A stretch of DNA of 64,000 nucleotides from Octopus sinensis (Eukaryota), in assembly GCF_006345805.1 (NCBI RefSeq), contig NC_042999.1, positions 65,348,001 to 65,412,000 of the forward strand, read 5' to 3'. The translations under genes and the position numbers were made by a program. This document shows positions 42,451 through 55,124 of this stretch, in pieces (position 1 is the first letter of the stretch; each line of letters starts with the position of its first letter). The notes beneath the pieces were generated by a model that was not told the DNA's origin, ran no database searches, and saw only the letters and a list, made by a program, of their open reading frames with translations.

Positions 42451-42789
42451 ACCTAACTGCTGGGGGGTCGGAGGGAAGCAGTGGAAAGATCTCGAAACTG
42501 ATGGAAGCAAAGGAAATCCAGGGCGTAAAAGTGGATTGTAGTGGTTACGAAACCGTCAAGCGAATGTAAAATGTGGACATTGAACTCTGAATTACTGGTG
42601 AATAAATGATTCAGAAGTTATGAAGCGCGGTAATATGATTAACATCATAAGCATACATAGGTGCCGGCCTGGTTGTGCGGAAAGAAGCTTGCTTCTGAAC
42701 CAAATGGTCCCAGATTTCCTTGACCCTTTTACGGAGTATGCAGAATTATGTACTCCAAGTCTCGTGTAGTTTTCATCTAAATCGGTGTA

Positions 42790-44099
42790 CATTTAAAGAG
42801 AAAGGAAGAAAAACACGTTAACAAAGATTATATAAACTACATGTAAGGTGACTTACATCTAGAACAATACATTACCAGACCATTAACATATACGTATACC
42901 TTCTACCATAGAATTATATTTACAAAGAATCATGTATATATTTAACATCTTTATATAGCCTCCTCTACCGTATATAACTTTAAATAATCTCTCATCAACT
43001 GATTTTCTCAATGTCTCAACAATGTCACTTTTAATATTACTTGCAGCATTTTTTATTGCTTCTCATAGTAAATCCTTGTTTGGATATTGTTTACCATTAG
43101 AATATACATATTTTTTAATAATTGACCACAAATTCTCTATTGGGTTTAGATCTGGAGACTGGGCGGGGGGGAATGTCATTATCTTACGTTCTTTGAAACC
43201 TTTCTTAGCTAAAAGGTTAATAGTGAGTTTGGCAGAGTGTGAAAGAGCATTATCTTGCATAAATATGCTCTTTAACTTTAAACGTCGTGACGTTGACTTG
43301 TACCAATAAAAAAAGTTGTCATCTGGAAACTTACAATAAGTTTGCGCATTTATATTGACTCCATCAGCAACTTTAAGTGAACCTATAATATCTCCTCCAA
43401 ATATACCAGCCCAAAACATGATTCCCGAACCACCATGATCTCTTCTCAGTCGCGATGGTTGACTTTTTCCCATGTAACATCCAGCCTCTTGCCCATTTAC
43501 CTGCTCCATCTAATTTTGTTCTACACTCATCAGTAAAAAGTACACTTGTAAAGTATGTCGTCATATATCTTTTTGCCCACGTCACTCTCTTTTCTTTGTG
43601 TACTTTATTAAAATGAGGCGATTTTGCAAAATTTATGACTTTGCCTATTTCTTTTTAGCATTGTTCAACGTTTTTCCTTTGTATGTTAGAGATTCCTGCT
43701 TCTTCAAACGTTTTTTTGCTGGTTAACCCACTTTTCGTGCACATAATTCGTTTGAGCTTTCTCTTATCTCTATTTGTGATGTTCTTGAAAAACGTTTTCT
43801 TCCTTATTCTTACTCTCTCAATGTTTTGTACCTGTTTTTTTTTCATTGTTCTGTGATCTCTATTTAGCTTTTTAGAAATTACAATTGCTGTATCCCCTTC
43901 TCATAGTAATTTCATTATTTCTGTCTTCTCCTTTGATGTTATATCTTTACTTCGACTCATTTCTATATTCCTTGTGTCTGAACTTAAGAAGAAATATTTC
44001 AAAATTACATATCACATGGGGGAAAGCAGTATCCTGTTAACTTGCATATGCGAAAAGAATCACCATCTAAAAGAGTTTTCTTCATTTCCGCTTTAAATG
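42790..44099 (-). mobile_element. Tc1-like transposon, TRT/DD37E-related, frameshifted
   Basis: TA duplications; about 25-bp imperfect TIR CATTTAAAG; VLFTDECR..LDG, WARGW, FMQDNA.SH, SPDLNPIENLWSIIK; ATG at 43960. Confidence 0.9.
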
Positions 44100-45920
44100 T
44101 ATACTGATTTAGACGGAAAGTACACGAGGCATGGGATGCATAATCCTACACAACCCGTAAAAATTTCAAGAAAATCGGACAAGAGGTTTTGATTTTATTG
44201 AGGAATGATTTACCTGCGTATTAAATGGAAACATAGTGTGTGCGTGTGTGTGTAAGTGTGTGTGTATACGTACATGCACTTATCTATATAGGTGCCATTA
44301 TAGAGTGTTATCAACCAACGTGAATGACACCGTAAAACAAATTCTATTTACATACAAATAAGATGTCTTACAATAATAGTCTCACTAAACTTGATGTTTA
44401 TTTCATTTTATTTAACACATTCCCTAATATACTTAGCATAATGGAATAATTCTTGGTATTATCATGAAGTATTTAATAACCAAATGTCCAATCTTCACGC
44501 TCACATTCAGGGTATAATTACCGATCGTTCCATTCCGAGATTTAGAAAATAATTTTCTGATTGATTTCTTGTTTCATTTTTCTTTTCGGAGACGTGAAAA
44601 TGAACTGGATAATTCCTAATTTTTCGCAGCAATATCGACCACTTGTGCTACACATATATAAACTCAAATATCAAACACATTTCATAAGATTTGCATGGAG
44701 AAATTTTCTTTAAGATATGATTTGCTCTAGACAGCTAAAATAAATATATCTAGAGAAAGATATTCAACTGTCTCGATTTTTTGTATCAGTGTCTGTCTAG
44801 TTAACCTAATCAATAACACTAATACCTACCTACTTCTTCTTTATCGAGCGCACACCCAAAGGCATATTGCATGCTAGAATAATTCTCAGCAATACTGCCA
44901 AATATTGAGTCATTTCTGTATTATAACCATCGTCTTTAGCAGGTTTGTATTGACTACCGTAAATTGAGAAAATGTTGCGTTTGCCTCTTCGCTTTCTGGA
45001 GGATTACCAAACGTGTACTATGTATTTTGGTCTTTCATGTACGGTATCAAATATCTGTATGTAAATGAACTCACGTAGCTTTTTCTGTTATATGGTATGG
45101 ATTGATAGATATATAATTTGCATGTAACTGGAATTTGTTTTCGAGTATCCAGCAATTTCAGCTAATTAATATCTCTAATGGTAAGAATCTGAGAATCCCA
45201 CTAATTTGCTTTGCCGATAGAATAATACTCAGAACATATTTTCTTTCATTATACTTACACACACACACGGACACAACATACACAGACGCATGCAAACACA
45301 CACATATACATATATATATATATGCAATGTATGGTTGTATATATATCCATACACGCGCATACATGCATATATACAGATGTGTGTATATACATACATATAT
45401 ATACACACATATACAAAAGCACTTTCAGACAGGCAGACATTCACATACACACACACGGACTCTCACATTCAGTTTATAGTCGGTTGGCGATGCAGCTACT
45501 TCATTTGTTTCGTCTACCTTCAAAGGAAACCTCTTGCTACTTATGTATTAACTCATGAAATCGTGAAATGAAACTACTACAGTATGTCGTCATATGCATT
45601 GATACATTTATGTCGTACTTACACCCCATCTCTCTCTCTTACACACTCTCTCTCTATATATATATATATACACACACACACAAGCATACACATTCACACA
45701 TACTATATTATCTATCTATCTATCTCTCTCTATATATATACATATATATCAATATATAGGTGAGAAAGTTGGTGTGTGAAAGCACGTGGTTGAATATATA
45801 GAAAATAGTAAAAAGTGAAAAAACTACAGAAGGCTTGTTTTAAAAGGTTAAAAAATATATTTGAGTCATTATGTCAGAAGAATGTTATAAAGTTTTTTCA
45901 TACAGCGACATAGTTTTTGA

Positions 45921-45957
45921 AGAAATTACCGGTTTCGTGTTAACTTTTCAAATTTCT
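45921..45957 (-). ncRNA. Candidate minimal hammerhead, U3-A8 variant (left arm)
   Basis: AGAAAT-TTGAAAA-GT(TAAC)AC-GAAA-CCGG-T-A-ATTTCT. Confidence 0.55.
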
Positions 45958-46477
45958 CAAAACATCGTGTTATGTCTTCGTTATGAAGTGTAAAAAAAGG
46001 TTCCAGGTAAGGGGAGGTAATAAGTGATTTCTTCCGGTGTAAGGGAGAGAATCGCTTTATATTTCTTGTCCCTTTTATTTAATGGGGTGAGTTTCTCTGT
46101 ATAAGAATGTTAGAGTGGTTAAGTTTGGGCTTATATTTTTCAATGAAGAATGTTTCCTTGTTTAGTCTAATTTGTGTTGGTGTTCCAATAGCACGTTTAT
46201 AAAATGGAAAGATTAAAAGTTGTGGTAGTAGTTGCTTTGCGCATTTCTCAATATGCTCACTAAAGGGTATCATTCTGTATTCTGGGAATGCAATCTGTTG
46301 TCGATGCAGTGTGTATCTACGTCTGAGTGATAGTCCCGTGGACCCCACGTAGCTTTGGTGGCAGCCCAAGCATCTTATGACATAAATTATGTTTTCAGAA
46401 AAAATGCGCAAAGTAACTACTACCACAATTTTTAATCTTTCCATTTTATCATAACGAAGACATAACACGATGTTTTG

Positions 46478-46514
46478 AGAAATTTGAAAAGTTAACGCGA
46501 AACCGGTAATTTCT
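46478..46514 (+). ncRNA. Candidate minimal hammerhead, U3-A8 variant (right arm)
   Basis: AGAAAT-TTGAAAA-GT(TAAC)GC-GAAA-CCGG-T-A-ATTTCT; 6-bp stem I, palindromic stem III, GUA triplet. Confidence 0.55.
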
Positions 46515-46665
46515 TCAAAAACTATGTCACTGTATGAAAAAACTTTATATCATTCTTCTGACATAATGACTCAAATATATTTTTTAACCTTTTAAAACAA
46601 GCCTTCTGTAGTTTTTTCACTTTTTAATGTTTTCTATATATATCAATATATATATATATATATAT

Positions 46666-47169
46666 AAGCGTCGATGCTTCCTAGGGCCAAAAAGCGGTGG
46701 TGTAACCCCCTACTGTCACGTTCACGTTAGATTGACAGTATACAACCATTCTATCGCCCCACCACCGTACATATCTCTATGAGAGATTTAGAAATTTAAT
46801 AGTTCTGATTTTGGTAATCAGTGAATAAACTTCACTGAAAATTAGATATATACATTTGCGCATCGGGACAGATATTCGTGGCTGACGGGCGTCTGCTAAT
46901 CTAGACCGATGAAGTACAATGATCCTGAAACATGCGTGTCTCTAGATGCAGGCCTGGCTGCTGGGGATGTTTGTCTCCCCTTCGTAAATGTATAGGACAC
47001 AGGAATAATGTGTCAAAGCCATCAGGAAGCGTCGATGCTTCCTAGGGCTAAGCAGCGGTGCTGTAACCCCTACTGTCACGTTCACGTTAGATTGACAGTA
47101 TACAACCATTCTATCGCCCCACCACCGTACATATCTCTATGAGAGATTTAGAATTTTAATATTTCTGAT
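46666..47169 (+). mobile_element. Candidate non-LTR retrozyme: 361-nt unit plus a 143-nt terminal repeat
   Basis: 46666-46809 repeated at 47027-47169 (6 substitutions, 1 indel); internal hammerhead; many local hairpins; (TA)n on both flanks; no ORF. Confidence 0.75.
46891..46953 (+). ncRNA. Type I hammerhead ribozyme, predicted cleavage after C46940
   Basis: GTCTGC-taa-TCTAGA-CCGATGA-AG(T)A..TCCT-GAAA-CA(TGCG)TG-T-C-TCTAGA-t-GCAGGC; GUC triplet; bulged extended stem I. Confidence 0.8.
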
Positions 47170-47198
47170 ATATATATATATATATGCATGTATGTAAG

Positions 47199-47232
<34 letters not shown>

Positions 47233-47849
47233 TGTATGTATGTATGTATGTATGTATGTATGTATGTGTCTATGTATACATGTATTCTTAGTATGATGTG
47301 GGGACGTATGACCTAGCATTTAGGATTTTGCACTCCTGATCGCGTGATTGTGGTTTCAGATCCTAGACTGGGTACTGTGTTTTGTTCTTGAACAAAACAC
47401 TTTATCTTACATTGTTTACAGACCCTCGGCACCTGACACGTGGTACACTGTGTACCTACCCAGGCAACGTCGATTTGGCGGACAGAGTGAGCTAATGTAG
47501 GGTACACACATTTTCACTATAAAAACATCGTTCGTGCAGGGCGTTCTGCAAATCGCCCTAGGAATCATACGTCAGTTTCGTGGGGAGAAACTTTCATCAG
47601 TATAATATACACGACAATTTTCGTCCCATGTTATGGCAAATGCTCATATCGGGTTTTCTTACAATAAAACAATGTTCTGTAATATACGAGAGTGTTTTAT
47701 TCACTGTTTCCTGACATATCGCAGCAAATATTTCGTTTACGCACATTACAAAATACGCAGAGTGTTGACGAGCCTCAAGAAAGAAGAATTGCATTTCTTC
47801 TTCCCGTGATCTACTGCAGCGTAATGTTTCTCTCCCTCCGATATATACC

Positions 47850-48080
47850 TATACCTATTTCTTTGCTACACACAAGGGACTAAACACAGAGGGGACAAAC
47901 AAGGACAGACAAAACGGATTAAGTCGATTATATCGACCCCAGTGTGTACTTAATTTGTCGACCCCGAAAGGATGAAAGGCAAAGTCGACCTCGAAATTTG
48001 AACTCAGAACGTAACGGCAGACGAAATACGGCTACGCATTTCGCCCGGCGTGCTAACGTTTCAGCCAACTCACCACCTTA
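47850..48080 (-). mobile_element. SINE (family C)
   Basis: Homologous to 6693-6922. Confidence 0.8.
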
Positions 48081-50965
48081 ATATACCACAGTATATTGTG
48101 TTTACTACAAGACTATGAAGGATTTTTATCTCAGAGAATCAGACAAAAACCTCCGGGCACATATCGGCCTTGTTAGCCACGGCCGGACGCACACTCTCCC
48201 ATCTTATTTTCGAATATGATGCCTTTGGCGATGTGTCAGTATATATATATATACAGAGAGAAAGAGAGAGAGAGAGATAAGAGGAGAGAGAGTGAGGGAT
48301 AGATAGATATATAAAGACACGCATATACATATATGTATATATATGTGTGTTTGTGTGTGTATGTATATATATATATATGAATATATATATATATATATAC
48401 ACATACATATATATCAGACCATACATACACGCAAACACGTACACACATACTATGCTCGAGACGATATAGGAAGGAGATGGATAAATTGATAATAGCTTAT
48501 AGAATATCGATTGTTGGCTATACTTCAGTTGATGTAGTTGAGGTTTTGTTATATATTGAAATGCTCTGTTTATTTTTATAGCCAATCATTTGCACATAAT
48601 TCTGTGTTTCTGCTAATTTCACCTATAAAAAGTTTGGGTGTCATTCCTCTGAATGCATGTTTCATTAGTACTTTCCGAGTACAATATCCTCCATGCCATC
48701 GAAATTTTCATCTTTGTATCATGCTTGACTTTGAACTATGATTTCATGGTCCGTTTATGGGAGATAATAAGTAAGTTGCTTACAGATCATAACATTTCTG
48801 TGAAGTTACCAATGTATTTTCTACAAAAACACTTCTGTTACGTATATTCAGATAATTTTGAACATTTTCTTTCTTTCTTTTGGAATTATTACCTATGCCT
48901 TCCATTTTGTCATGGCATATGTACTGTATAGTTTCTATGTGTGAACTGATTTATTGCCAACGCCCATATTTCTAACAGGTAGTTTCTATTTAGAGAAAGA
49001 ATGTGGAGTGATTTCTATGCACTTACAAAGCAGTGTTTAGATCGATGGAGGGAAGTAATCCTTTTTGAACTACATTGATTCGCTTCTTATTGAAAGTAAA
49101 TAAACGTAGGCAAGGTAGATATTCTATGTAACTGGCATTTGGAGGAGATAAGCGTAGGTAAATGCGTGGCTGTGTGATAAGAACCTTACTTCTAAACGAC
49201 GTGGTTCAGGTGTCTTTGTGTCTGTCTTTGTCCATTACCACGATCTGGCAACCGATGTCGATGTGTTTTTATGTTCCCAATATCCAACGGCTCGGCAGTA
49301 GAGGCCGGTAGAATGAATACCAGGCTTCAATAAATAAGTACTATGATCAATTCATTCGACTAAAAATTCTTGAAGGCGGTGCCCCGGCTTAGTAAAAGAT
49401 AAAGTCTTCAGTTTGGAGCACTCATTTTTTTAGAGAAATACTATCGGTAAAATGAGTAGAAGAGTTTAGAGTATCGTGTATATGATCATGGTAGATTGCT
49501 TTTTTGTCAGAAGAATAAATTAGTTTGCTAACTGTCAATGTGACCATGAAACTAAACAAAAGCAGTCAGTGTGTTTCAATGTCCGTAAATGAATTGCATT
49601 TTCTTGTTGTCTACATTTATTTTTTCCATGTTCCCATGTAGGTGTTATATTCCTCTGTAGATTACGTGTATCGATTTCAGATATCAGTAGATATACAAAT
49701 CTATAATTGAGTAGCTACTCAATGAGAGAGACTGTTAGAGTCTTCTTTGCTGTCAAAATAACTGTTCGGCGGATCGTTGTCCCTTATGATTCTTATTGTC
49801 GGGAATATTTATTATATTTTATTCTGATACCCAATTATGTACTGTTCCTGGCGTTTATGGTGATTTCCTCAAAGTTATTGCTACAGCTTTTCGTGCACTG
49901 GTTCTTAAGTAAAGGACATTACTGAGAGCACAAGCTGACTGTATGTAGTTAGTTGTAACATTCCTGGTAACTTGTGCAATTATTGTTAGTATGCTCATAG
50001 GACTGGTGTATATTTTTACAGTATCGAAGCATACATTTATCACTCTCATTTTCCTTTTCTTCTTTTTTTATTTTCTGTACAATACTATGCTCCGGTAAAT
50101 CTGAATTACTTATTTTATTAATGCAGATTCTATTCAATAATACATGTTGTGTTAATAACATTCTTCATGATAAACATCTTACTCAACTGGTGAATATTGA
50201 AAACGTTGCTGATTCAGACAAAATTCCACATGCATATACTACGTAGTTACTTTTTGTTATAAGTTGACTTCGCTCTAACTTAAAATTTTTTCCTTAACTT
50301 CATACTGAAAACTAAGTACCCCAGTTCAATCGACTTCAAATATTGCAGTCAAATCTGTGACCATGTTTCGGAGCCAGTTATGTAAATTTGTATCTAGTGT
50401 CAGCATGTGTTTTTTCTTTTATATTAGGTATATTTTTGATATCCAATCGTTCTGTGTTTATTTTAACAATGGTTCTATTTATAACATTTTAGAAAATAAT
50501 CTATATAACAAGGAGACGAGGACAGCATCTACGATAACTTCTCCTTAATTTTGAAAAAGAAAAAATACATGAACCAGATCGTCCACCTGCCATCTGTAAA
50601 TTAAAGGGAATATTAAATAATGTGATCCCAGATATATTGCAATAAGAATTTGAAAAATATGAGAAGAAAGCTTTTTAAATATAGCTGCGTTTATGTAAGG
50701 CCTGCCCGGCGTATAATCCATGACAACACGTAGTAGATAGCGTTCATCATAAAGCCAATCGATTTTAACAATTTACAAGCAAAATTTAGGCTGTGGTGAC
50801 ACAAATAAAATAAATTTGATGGTTACGTTGATGTTAATTAAGAGATATATGGAAACTGGATGTGTTTGAATGAATATATATCTCGGAATAAGCTGTGGAA
50901 AATAACGTATTTGTTTGCAATTAAATTTATTCAAAAGTACTTTTAGATACATACAAGAAAAATGC

Positions 50966-51002
<37 letters not shown>

Positions 51003-51003
<1 letters not shown>

Positions 51004-51815
51004 TAGCTGATGTAAGGTAATTCCCGGGAAAGCGGGGTTTATCCCGTGGTTGCGTTCTCATAAATGTTTCGCTAATTCAATAACAACAATACAAAGCATG
51101 TAGCCCTTAAAACGTTTTTTGTGCATTTACAGAGAATATCGAAATATCTTACAGAGGATCTTGCTTTTAGGAACTCCCAATAAGTTACGTATACCTAAAT
51201 TGTGAAATCGGTTATACAATAACATGAAATTAGTTACCCGATAGTAAGAATTCAAATAAATTAGCCCCGAAAAGGGCTTTAATACGTTCCCAGATTATAT
51301 AGAAAATAGAAGGAAACATGTTACGTAATAACAGGCTAATCAGATATGAAATAATAGCAGTTCAAAGTAAATGACTCTGAAAAGGGCATTTTTGCGTTCA
51401 CAGAGAATATTATCCTCAGGGGCGATAGTATTGTTATATTCGTGAATAAATCACTAACTGAAATAAGTGGATCTATTGTTTAGGAAAATGCTATTTACTT
51501 GTTTAAGGGTTGTACTAGATAAATTGCAAACATAATTCTAACAGTTCAAATACTTAGAAATAAACATACTCAATTTCATTTTTACCAAATAATTTAGGAA
51601 AATGAATGGGTTATTTCCCTTGGCTATATATAAGGATCCTTCGATGGGCTCTATTATCGATTTCTTTCAACAATTTGAGTAAGCCATATGGTTTCCAGAC
51701 ATGAGTTGTATCCACGTGTCAAGTTTCATCAAAATCGATAAAACGATGTAGAAGGAGTTTGCTAACAACTCCACAAACACACCCACAGACAGAATTTCCA
51801 ACATATGTAATATAT
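51003..51815 (-). mobile_element. Non-autonomous Helitron-like element
   Basis: CTAG terminus at 51003-06 with CCCG/CGGG hairpin at 51023-36; AAGTTTCATCAAAATCG and microsatellite-like end at the far side; three internal AAAAGGGC/CAGAGAATAT-type subrepeats. Confidence 0.6.
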
Positions 51816-51873
51816 ATATATATATATGTATATGTGTGTGTGTGTGTGTGTATGTATGTATAAATATATGTAT

Positions 51874-52210
51874 AGGTGCAGGAGTGGCTATGTGGTAAGT
51901 AGCTTGCTTACTAACCACATTGTTCCTGGTTGTCCCACTGCGTAGCACCTTGCGCACGTTTCTTCTACTATAGCCGCGGGCGGCCAAAACCTTGTGTATG
52001 TGTGTCTATGTGTGTGTGTGTTTGTCCCCACCATCGCTTCGCGACCGAGGTTGGTGCGTTTACGTCCCCGTAAATTAGCGATTCGGCAAAAGTGAATGAT
52101 AGAATAAGTACTAGGCTTACAAAGAATAAGGCCTAAGGTCGATTTGTTCTACTATAGACGGTGCTCCAGCATGGCGGCAGTCAAATGACTGAGTCAAATA
52201 AAAGAATGAA
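51874..52210 (+). mobile_element. SINE (family A)
   Basis: Head and tail homologous to 35341-35770. Confidence 0.8.
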
Positions 52211-52241
52211 GAATATACACAAACATCTATATACACACATA

Positions 52242-52452
52242 GTGGGTGCCGAAATGTTTCTGGCTTTAAGGGCGTCGAGAAAGGCCTGGTTGCAGGCCCA
52301 ACTTCCGACCTATTTTACTGGTTTTTCTTGCAAAAAATGAAGGACCGCTGCAATAAGCGTATACATTCGCAATACCTCGAATGAAATCATAATTACTTGA
52401 TCCTTTTGTATTTTCTTTGACGCAAAGCCAGAAACATTTCAACGCGCACTCG
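52242..52452 (+). mobile_element. Mariner-derived MITE
   Basis: Inverted ends GAAATGTTTCTGGCTTT / AAAGCCAGAAACATTTC, TA flanks, internal remnant KAWLQAQ..MKDRCNK of a transposase C-terminus. Confidence 0.7.
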
Positions 52453-53006
52453 TATATGTATATGCTGGAGGGAAATTGAGAAACAAAGATAGGAAGTGAA
52501 GCAATCCAATAAATAAGACTTTCGTATATTCCTCATACTGAAACAACGGCAACTGAAGTAAACTATGTAAATAAGCGAAATAAAAAGAAATATGGGAGTT
52601 ACGAGATAACCTATCTATTGCGAACGAAAAACTAGTAAAACACCAATACATTTATTGAGATAATCTGTTCGTTATAGCATCATTCTCATAATTTCTTTTC
52701 TTATTTTGTTTTTGTTATTTTCTGTGATATGATATTTGTAGGCATGCACAGTGCTTAAGCAAAATATATGTAGGAATCTAATTCAGCAACAATGCCTGGA
52801 TATCACGTAATAACACTTTATATATTTGTTCACAGATTTCCTTGATCGCTCTGGCGACGTCGAGTCTAGCGCTTTTATCATCTGATGCGTTTAGGTTTCC
52901 AATAGATATTTATATTTGCTTAAACCTAACGTAAATGAAAAAAAAATATTGGATGTCACACATAACTATATAAGTATGAACATATGTATGTGTATAAGAA
53001 TATGTG

Positions 53007-53081
<75 letters not shown>

Positions 53082-53103
53082 ATATATTATATATATATAT
53101 ATA

Positions 53104-53138
<35 letters not shown>

Positions 53139-53188
53139 TCTATATATATATATCTATATATATATCTATATATATATATATCTATATC

Positions 53189-53226
<38 letters not shown>

Positions 53227-53285
53227 TATACAGGTTAATATACCCGTTATATACATACATATGCATATATATATGGATGTATGTA

Positions 53286-54129
53286 CAGGTTGTGATGGGT
53301 ACATTGTTTTAATTTCGCACATGCAAGTTGAATATTTTTGATTTTGTGGACAAAACAGCATACTAAGTTCCGCTGGGCACTGTCTGTGCGAAAATCAGTA
53401 CCATGATGCAAATAATTCTACAAGAAATTTGGAAATGACATGCTGTAGTGCATGACATTCACGCCGGTAGCTCCAGTGCGAACACTTCAGAGTGCTTAGG
53501 TATCATCCTGAGAACGGTGTAATCTGAAGACATGTACCGAGACTGATATAAATCAAACATTCAGTCAACAACCAGAAAACAACATAGTGTTTGGAGTGAT
53601 CACTAGTGATGGCGACGTTACGCCTCCATTCATCTTCCTACATAGACTCAGACTTAACGCCGAGGCCTACATCGGCATGCTTGGAGTAGTTAGTGCTGCC
53701 CTGGGTCAAGAAAGTGGCTGCAGGGATCTGCAACATGCTACGCAAGCAAGGGAATCCAGTCATGGCAGTCAGACAATGTAGGTGATCACATCACCCACAG
53801 CATCTGGCCAATTAACTCCTCAGACAGCAAGCCCCTTGATTATAATCTGTGGGGCGCAGATGAGTAAGAGACCAACGACTCTCCTTGTCACAACAAAGAT
53901 GAACTGAAGTCAAGGATTATGGCAATATTCACCAACTTATACAAGGAGATCGTCCAGAAGAGTTGCAGGAGATTCCGAAGTCGTCTGGAGGCCGTGGTTA
54001 ATGCCAAGCGCGATTTCATAGAATATATTTACTCCTTAGTTTCTCAAGATATTCTTATGTAAGTTTGGAAAATATATCTGTTAAAATGAGATATCAGTGT
54101 TATTCTCATTTTTGCATAGTATAGACCTG
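53286..54129 (+). mobile_element. Degenerate maT/DD37D-like transposon
   Basis: FGVITSDGDV.PPFIF...RLN.EAY and WP.NS.D..PLDY..WG (last catalytic residue Asp); only CAGGT matches at the ends, so boundaries are approximate. Confidence 0.7.
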
Positions 54130-54301
54130 TATATAAATGCATCATTGTATGCAGATAACATGACCCAACTTATTGAAGAGATCCGCTTTTGGCAGTTCAG
54201 ATATGTTCTTTATATAAAAATACAAACATACTTTCTATAACATTTCCGAAGTGCAGATTCCAGGATAGGTGAATGAAATATAAATGAGTGACAGGGATGT
54301 A

Positions 54302-54426
54302 CAGACGTCAATTCATTACAATCGTTTCAAGTGACTCTGACGCACACGCTATCTTAGCAATGGTTTAACGTGTTTATCTATCAGTTAAAGGAGTTGCTTG
54401 AAAAGGCCGTATTCAATTGACACCTG
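54302..54426. mobile_element. 125-bp MITE-like element
   Basis: TA-CAGACGTCAATT and AATTGACACCTG-TA imperfect inverted ends. Confidence 0.45.
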
Positions 54427-54478
54427 TACATCTTTGTTACTCATTTATAAATAAATAAATAAATAAATAAATATTAAC

Positions 54479-54754
54479 ATTATAAATTAAGGTATCTACG
54501 AGATACCACCATGCTGAAATAGCAGCCATGATCTGACTCTAAAACTACCTTAATTGTCCATATATCAACACGGTGAGAAAACAAAGAGACAAGATGAATC
54601 TAGTAAAATATTACTGGGTAATTCTAGATCCCGTGTCTCATAGATACCCTAATTTATTATTTTAATAATTATTACCTTTGAAGGTTACTTTTTCCATACT
54701 GACCACTTGATAAAATCATTATTTTATTTTTTAAATTAAAGATCTTATCCTTAT

Positions 54755-54828
<74 letters not shown>

Positions 54829-55069
54829 CAGCCATGATCTGACGCTAAAATCTCCTTTTTTACTAGTTTCATCTTGTCTCTTTGTTTTCTCTCCGTGTTG
54901 ATAAATGGAGAATTAAGGTGGGTTTAGATTCAGATTATGGCTGCCATTTTCAGCATGGTGGTATCTCGTAGATACCCTAATTTATAATTTTAATAATTAT
55001 TACCTTTGAAGGATTTTTTCCATGCTGACCACTTGATAAAATCGTTATTTTATTTTTTAAATTAACGAT

Positions 55070-55074
<5 letters not shown>
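54479..55074. repeat. Local duplication with an inverted 5' half
   Basis: 54479-54608 matches the reverse complement of 54858-54988; 54641-54748 is a direct copy of 54969-55074. Confidence 0.8.

Positions 55075-55124
<50 letters not shown>

Larger units (their letters stand above)
45759..46640 (-). mobile_element. PLE 3' fragment (GIY-YIG endonuclease) between about 190-bp inverted terminal repeats
   Basis: NIIYVIRCLGCHQSYVGSTG..LRRR..LHRQQI..KE.FFIEKYKPKLN; arms 45795-45986 and 46449-46640 differ at about 5 positions; possible TSD TATATATCAATATATA at 45743-58 and 46637-52. Confidence 0.88.

Noticed and set aside
46975-47026. CTGATGG..GAAG on the minus strand of the retrozyme unit (possible antisense ribozyme)
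   Set aside because: Two core mismatches and no stem I or III.
49860-50160. Cys-rich minus-strand reading through two TAA stops; also a one-stop stretch at 55617-55950
   Set aside because: No recognisable domain; rescue by RNA editing would be pure speculation.
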